DNA of 47,486 nucleotides from Amoebophrya sp. A120. Lineage: Eukaryota; Protista; Dinoflagellata. Under the pieces are notes generated by a model. It made no database searches. It was not told the DNA's origin and saw only the letters and a program-made list of their open reading frames with translations. Of this stretch, positions 46,171 to 47,486 are shown in pieces; position 1 is the stretch's first letter, and each line of letters starts with the position of its first letter. A program made the translations under genes and the position numbers. The stretch lies in NCBI GenBank assembly GCA_905178155.1, contig CAJINV010000006.1, forward strand, positions 153,965 to 201,450. The letters run 5' to 3'.

Positions 46171-46935
46171 TTAATGGCGGGCGGGTGGGGGGTTCAAAAA
46201 CTGGGCTGTCGGCCGCGAAGGCTGTCCCATCGTCGCTGGTGCTGGGCCGCTGCTGCTTAGCTGCGAAAGCAGGACACTACCGCGCTCCGGTGCGTAGCGG
46301 TTGTTTGCTGAATTCTGTGGGACATTGTCAGCGCGGAATGAAAATTGCGACTGCTCCTGCGTCGGGTGTGGCGGAAAGTTTGGTTGTCCTTGCTGCATCG
46401 CAGCGCCGGCTGCGGTCGTTCCAAAAATCCCTTGCGCCGCCCCGTTTTGTTGTTGTTGTGCGCGCTGGAGGAGCGGCCCGAGATGTGTGACAAGGTCCTG
46501 CATGTTCAGGGTAACTTGTTGCCCGTGGATTACTGCGCGCCCCGGCTCCACGTGAACTCCTTGCTGTGCAGGTATTTGCTGCTGCGGTACAGGATGCTGG
46601 TAGGGAGCTTGTCCCGGAAAGGCCCCACTACTGCTCGATGCAGCAGCTCCTTGCGTGCCGCTTCGTCCCAATAGCCCGCGCCCGCTTGTTCCTCCGTGCT
46701 GCTGCTCAAGCGGGTCATTTGTAAAGCTGTTCTGCGACATGTGAACGCTTTGGTTGCTGCTCGGGCTTGGATTAGCGCCACCCGCGCCCTGGTACCGGTA
46801 AGGCTGGAACTGCTGGTCTTGTTCCCACTGTTGCTGCTGTCGGTACTGGGCCTGGTTCTGGTGCACCCGGTCCCAATTGTATCGCCGTCCGCTCATGTTG
46901 AAAATGGGTTTTTTCTTACTTGTATTTGTGTGCAT
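46171..46935 (-). CDS. gag: Gln/Gly-rich ORF1 (gag N-terminus), in frame with gag-pol across one TAA
   Basis: Starts 70 nt after the PBS; conserved in the sister copy at 1018. Confidence 0.8.
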   Translation of the reverse strand: MHTNTSKKKPIFNMSGRRYNWDRVHQNQAQYRQQQQWEQDQQFQPYRYQGAGGANPSPSSNQSVHMSQNSFTNDPLEQQHGGTSGRGLLGRSGTQGAAASSSSGAFPGQAPYQHPVPQQQIPAQQGVHVEPGRAVIHGQQVTLNMQDLVTHLGPLLQRAQQQQNGAAQGIFGTTAAGAAMQQGQPNFPPHPTQEQSQFSFRADNVPQNSANNRYAPERGSVLLSQLSSSGPAPATMGQPSRPTAQFLNPPPARH

Positions 46936-47004
46936 TATTCAATCGTGAAAGGGGTAAAAGTTTTGTAGTACGTAAATGTTAAAAGTTTGGTCCTATGGCT
47001 AGGT

Positions 47005-47018
47005 CCGGCGATGCACCA
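47005..47018 (-). promoter_or_regulatory. Primer binding site, probably tRNA-Gly
   Basis: TGGTGCATCGCCGG, 2 nt after the 5' LTR; 1 nt shorter than the sister PBS at 933. Confidence 0.72.
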
Positions 47019-47020
47019 GT

Positions 47021-47486
47021 TGTACGAAAGTACTACTTGGACACGGACCGAACTAACGCACACGAAAATAAACTTGTATAACCAAAACAATGCATGAACG
47101 AGTTGTAGAACATCGATGGGCATAGGGGTGCAAAATAAAATGGTTGTAGATTCAGATTGTATGTTCTCCTTAGCAACTTCCGCGTATTCTCTGTAGGAAT
47201 TTGCTCAACCTTGAGCCAAAATGGCTACGTTGAAAAGGTTCCTTCATGCAATACAAACTTCAACAACCTCAAATCTGTCATGCTGTTTTGACATTCGGCA
47301 CGGAGCTGCCGTATCGTAGTTCTCATGCGACTTGTAGATCATGCGCATTACAGATTTGCATCAATTTGAAGAGTGTGCTGGTCTTTGAACGTCAGGGCAT
47401 TTTAGGAACCTAGTGTAAAAGCTTAGCGGAGAACGAGTTCATTTGTGGTCTTAGTTCGATCTGATTCCGAAGTCCTTATGCATACA
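47021..47486 (-). repeat. 5' LTR
   Basis: TG...CA termini, direct repeat of 36384-36849, followed by the PBS. Confidence 0.96.
47210..47231 (-). other. DinoSL motif in 5' LTR
   Basis: AACGTAGCCATTTTGGCTCAAG|GT, 21/22 match to DinoSL. Confidence 0.88.

Larger units (their letters stand above)
36384..47486 (-). mobile_element. Full-length Ty3/Gypsy-like LTR retrotransposon (11.1 kb) with split RT
   Basis: Two 466-bp TG...CA LTRs, PBS, PPT-like tract, gag, protease, RT, integrase and RNase H motifs; TSD not checkable because the window ends at the LTR. Confidence 0.95.

Noticed and set aside
46171-46173. Stop-codon reassignment (TAA=Gln), as reported for one Amoebophrya strain
   Set aside because: Very long Gln-rich ORFs here use CAA/CAG without internal stops, so the standard code fits

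Overview
Eukaryotic, intron-containing, transposon-rich DNA. A near-perfect dinoflagellate spliced-leader (DinoSL) motif, co-oriented host genes and many non-canonical introns with inverted-repeat ends point to a dinoflagellate, most likely the syndinean Amoebophrya (inference). The right end (36384-47486, minus strand) is a young, full-length Ty3/Gypsy-like LTR retrotransposon with 466-bp LTRs (4 differences by eye). Its pol is unusual: the reverse transcriptase is split right after the YLDD motif by about 1,130 aa that contain an AP2-like domain and the whole integrase, with the rest of the RT and RNase H following. Each LTR also encodes a DinoSL copy. The left end (425-3600) is a stack of truncated retroelement fragments separated by a repeated ~30-bp motif. 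The middle (5.4-29.2 kb) holds minus-strand multi-exon host genes: a large protein with an internal duplication whose exon is interrupted by a 9-bp-TSD MITE, a secreted single-module protein, and an Mps1/TTK-like kinase fused to a transmembrane helix, a stalk and two copies of that module. Paralogous modules differ in the presence or absence of inverted-repeat introns. 30.6-36.3 kb contains a 308-bp tandem repeat, a truncated Copia gag and a foldback-like repeat element. All domain calls are by-eye motif recognition, not database searches, and non-canonical splice boundaries are uncertain by a few nt.
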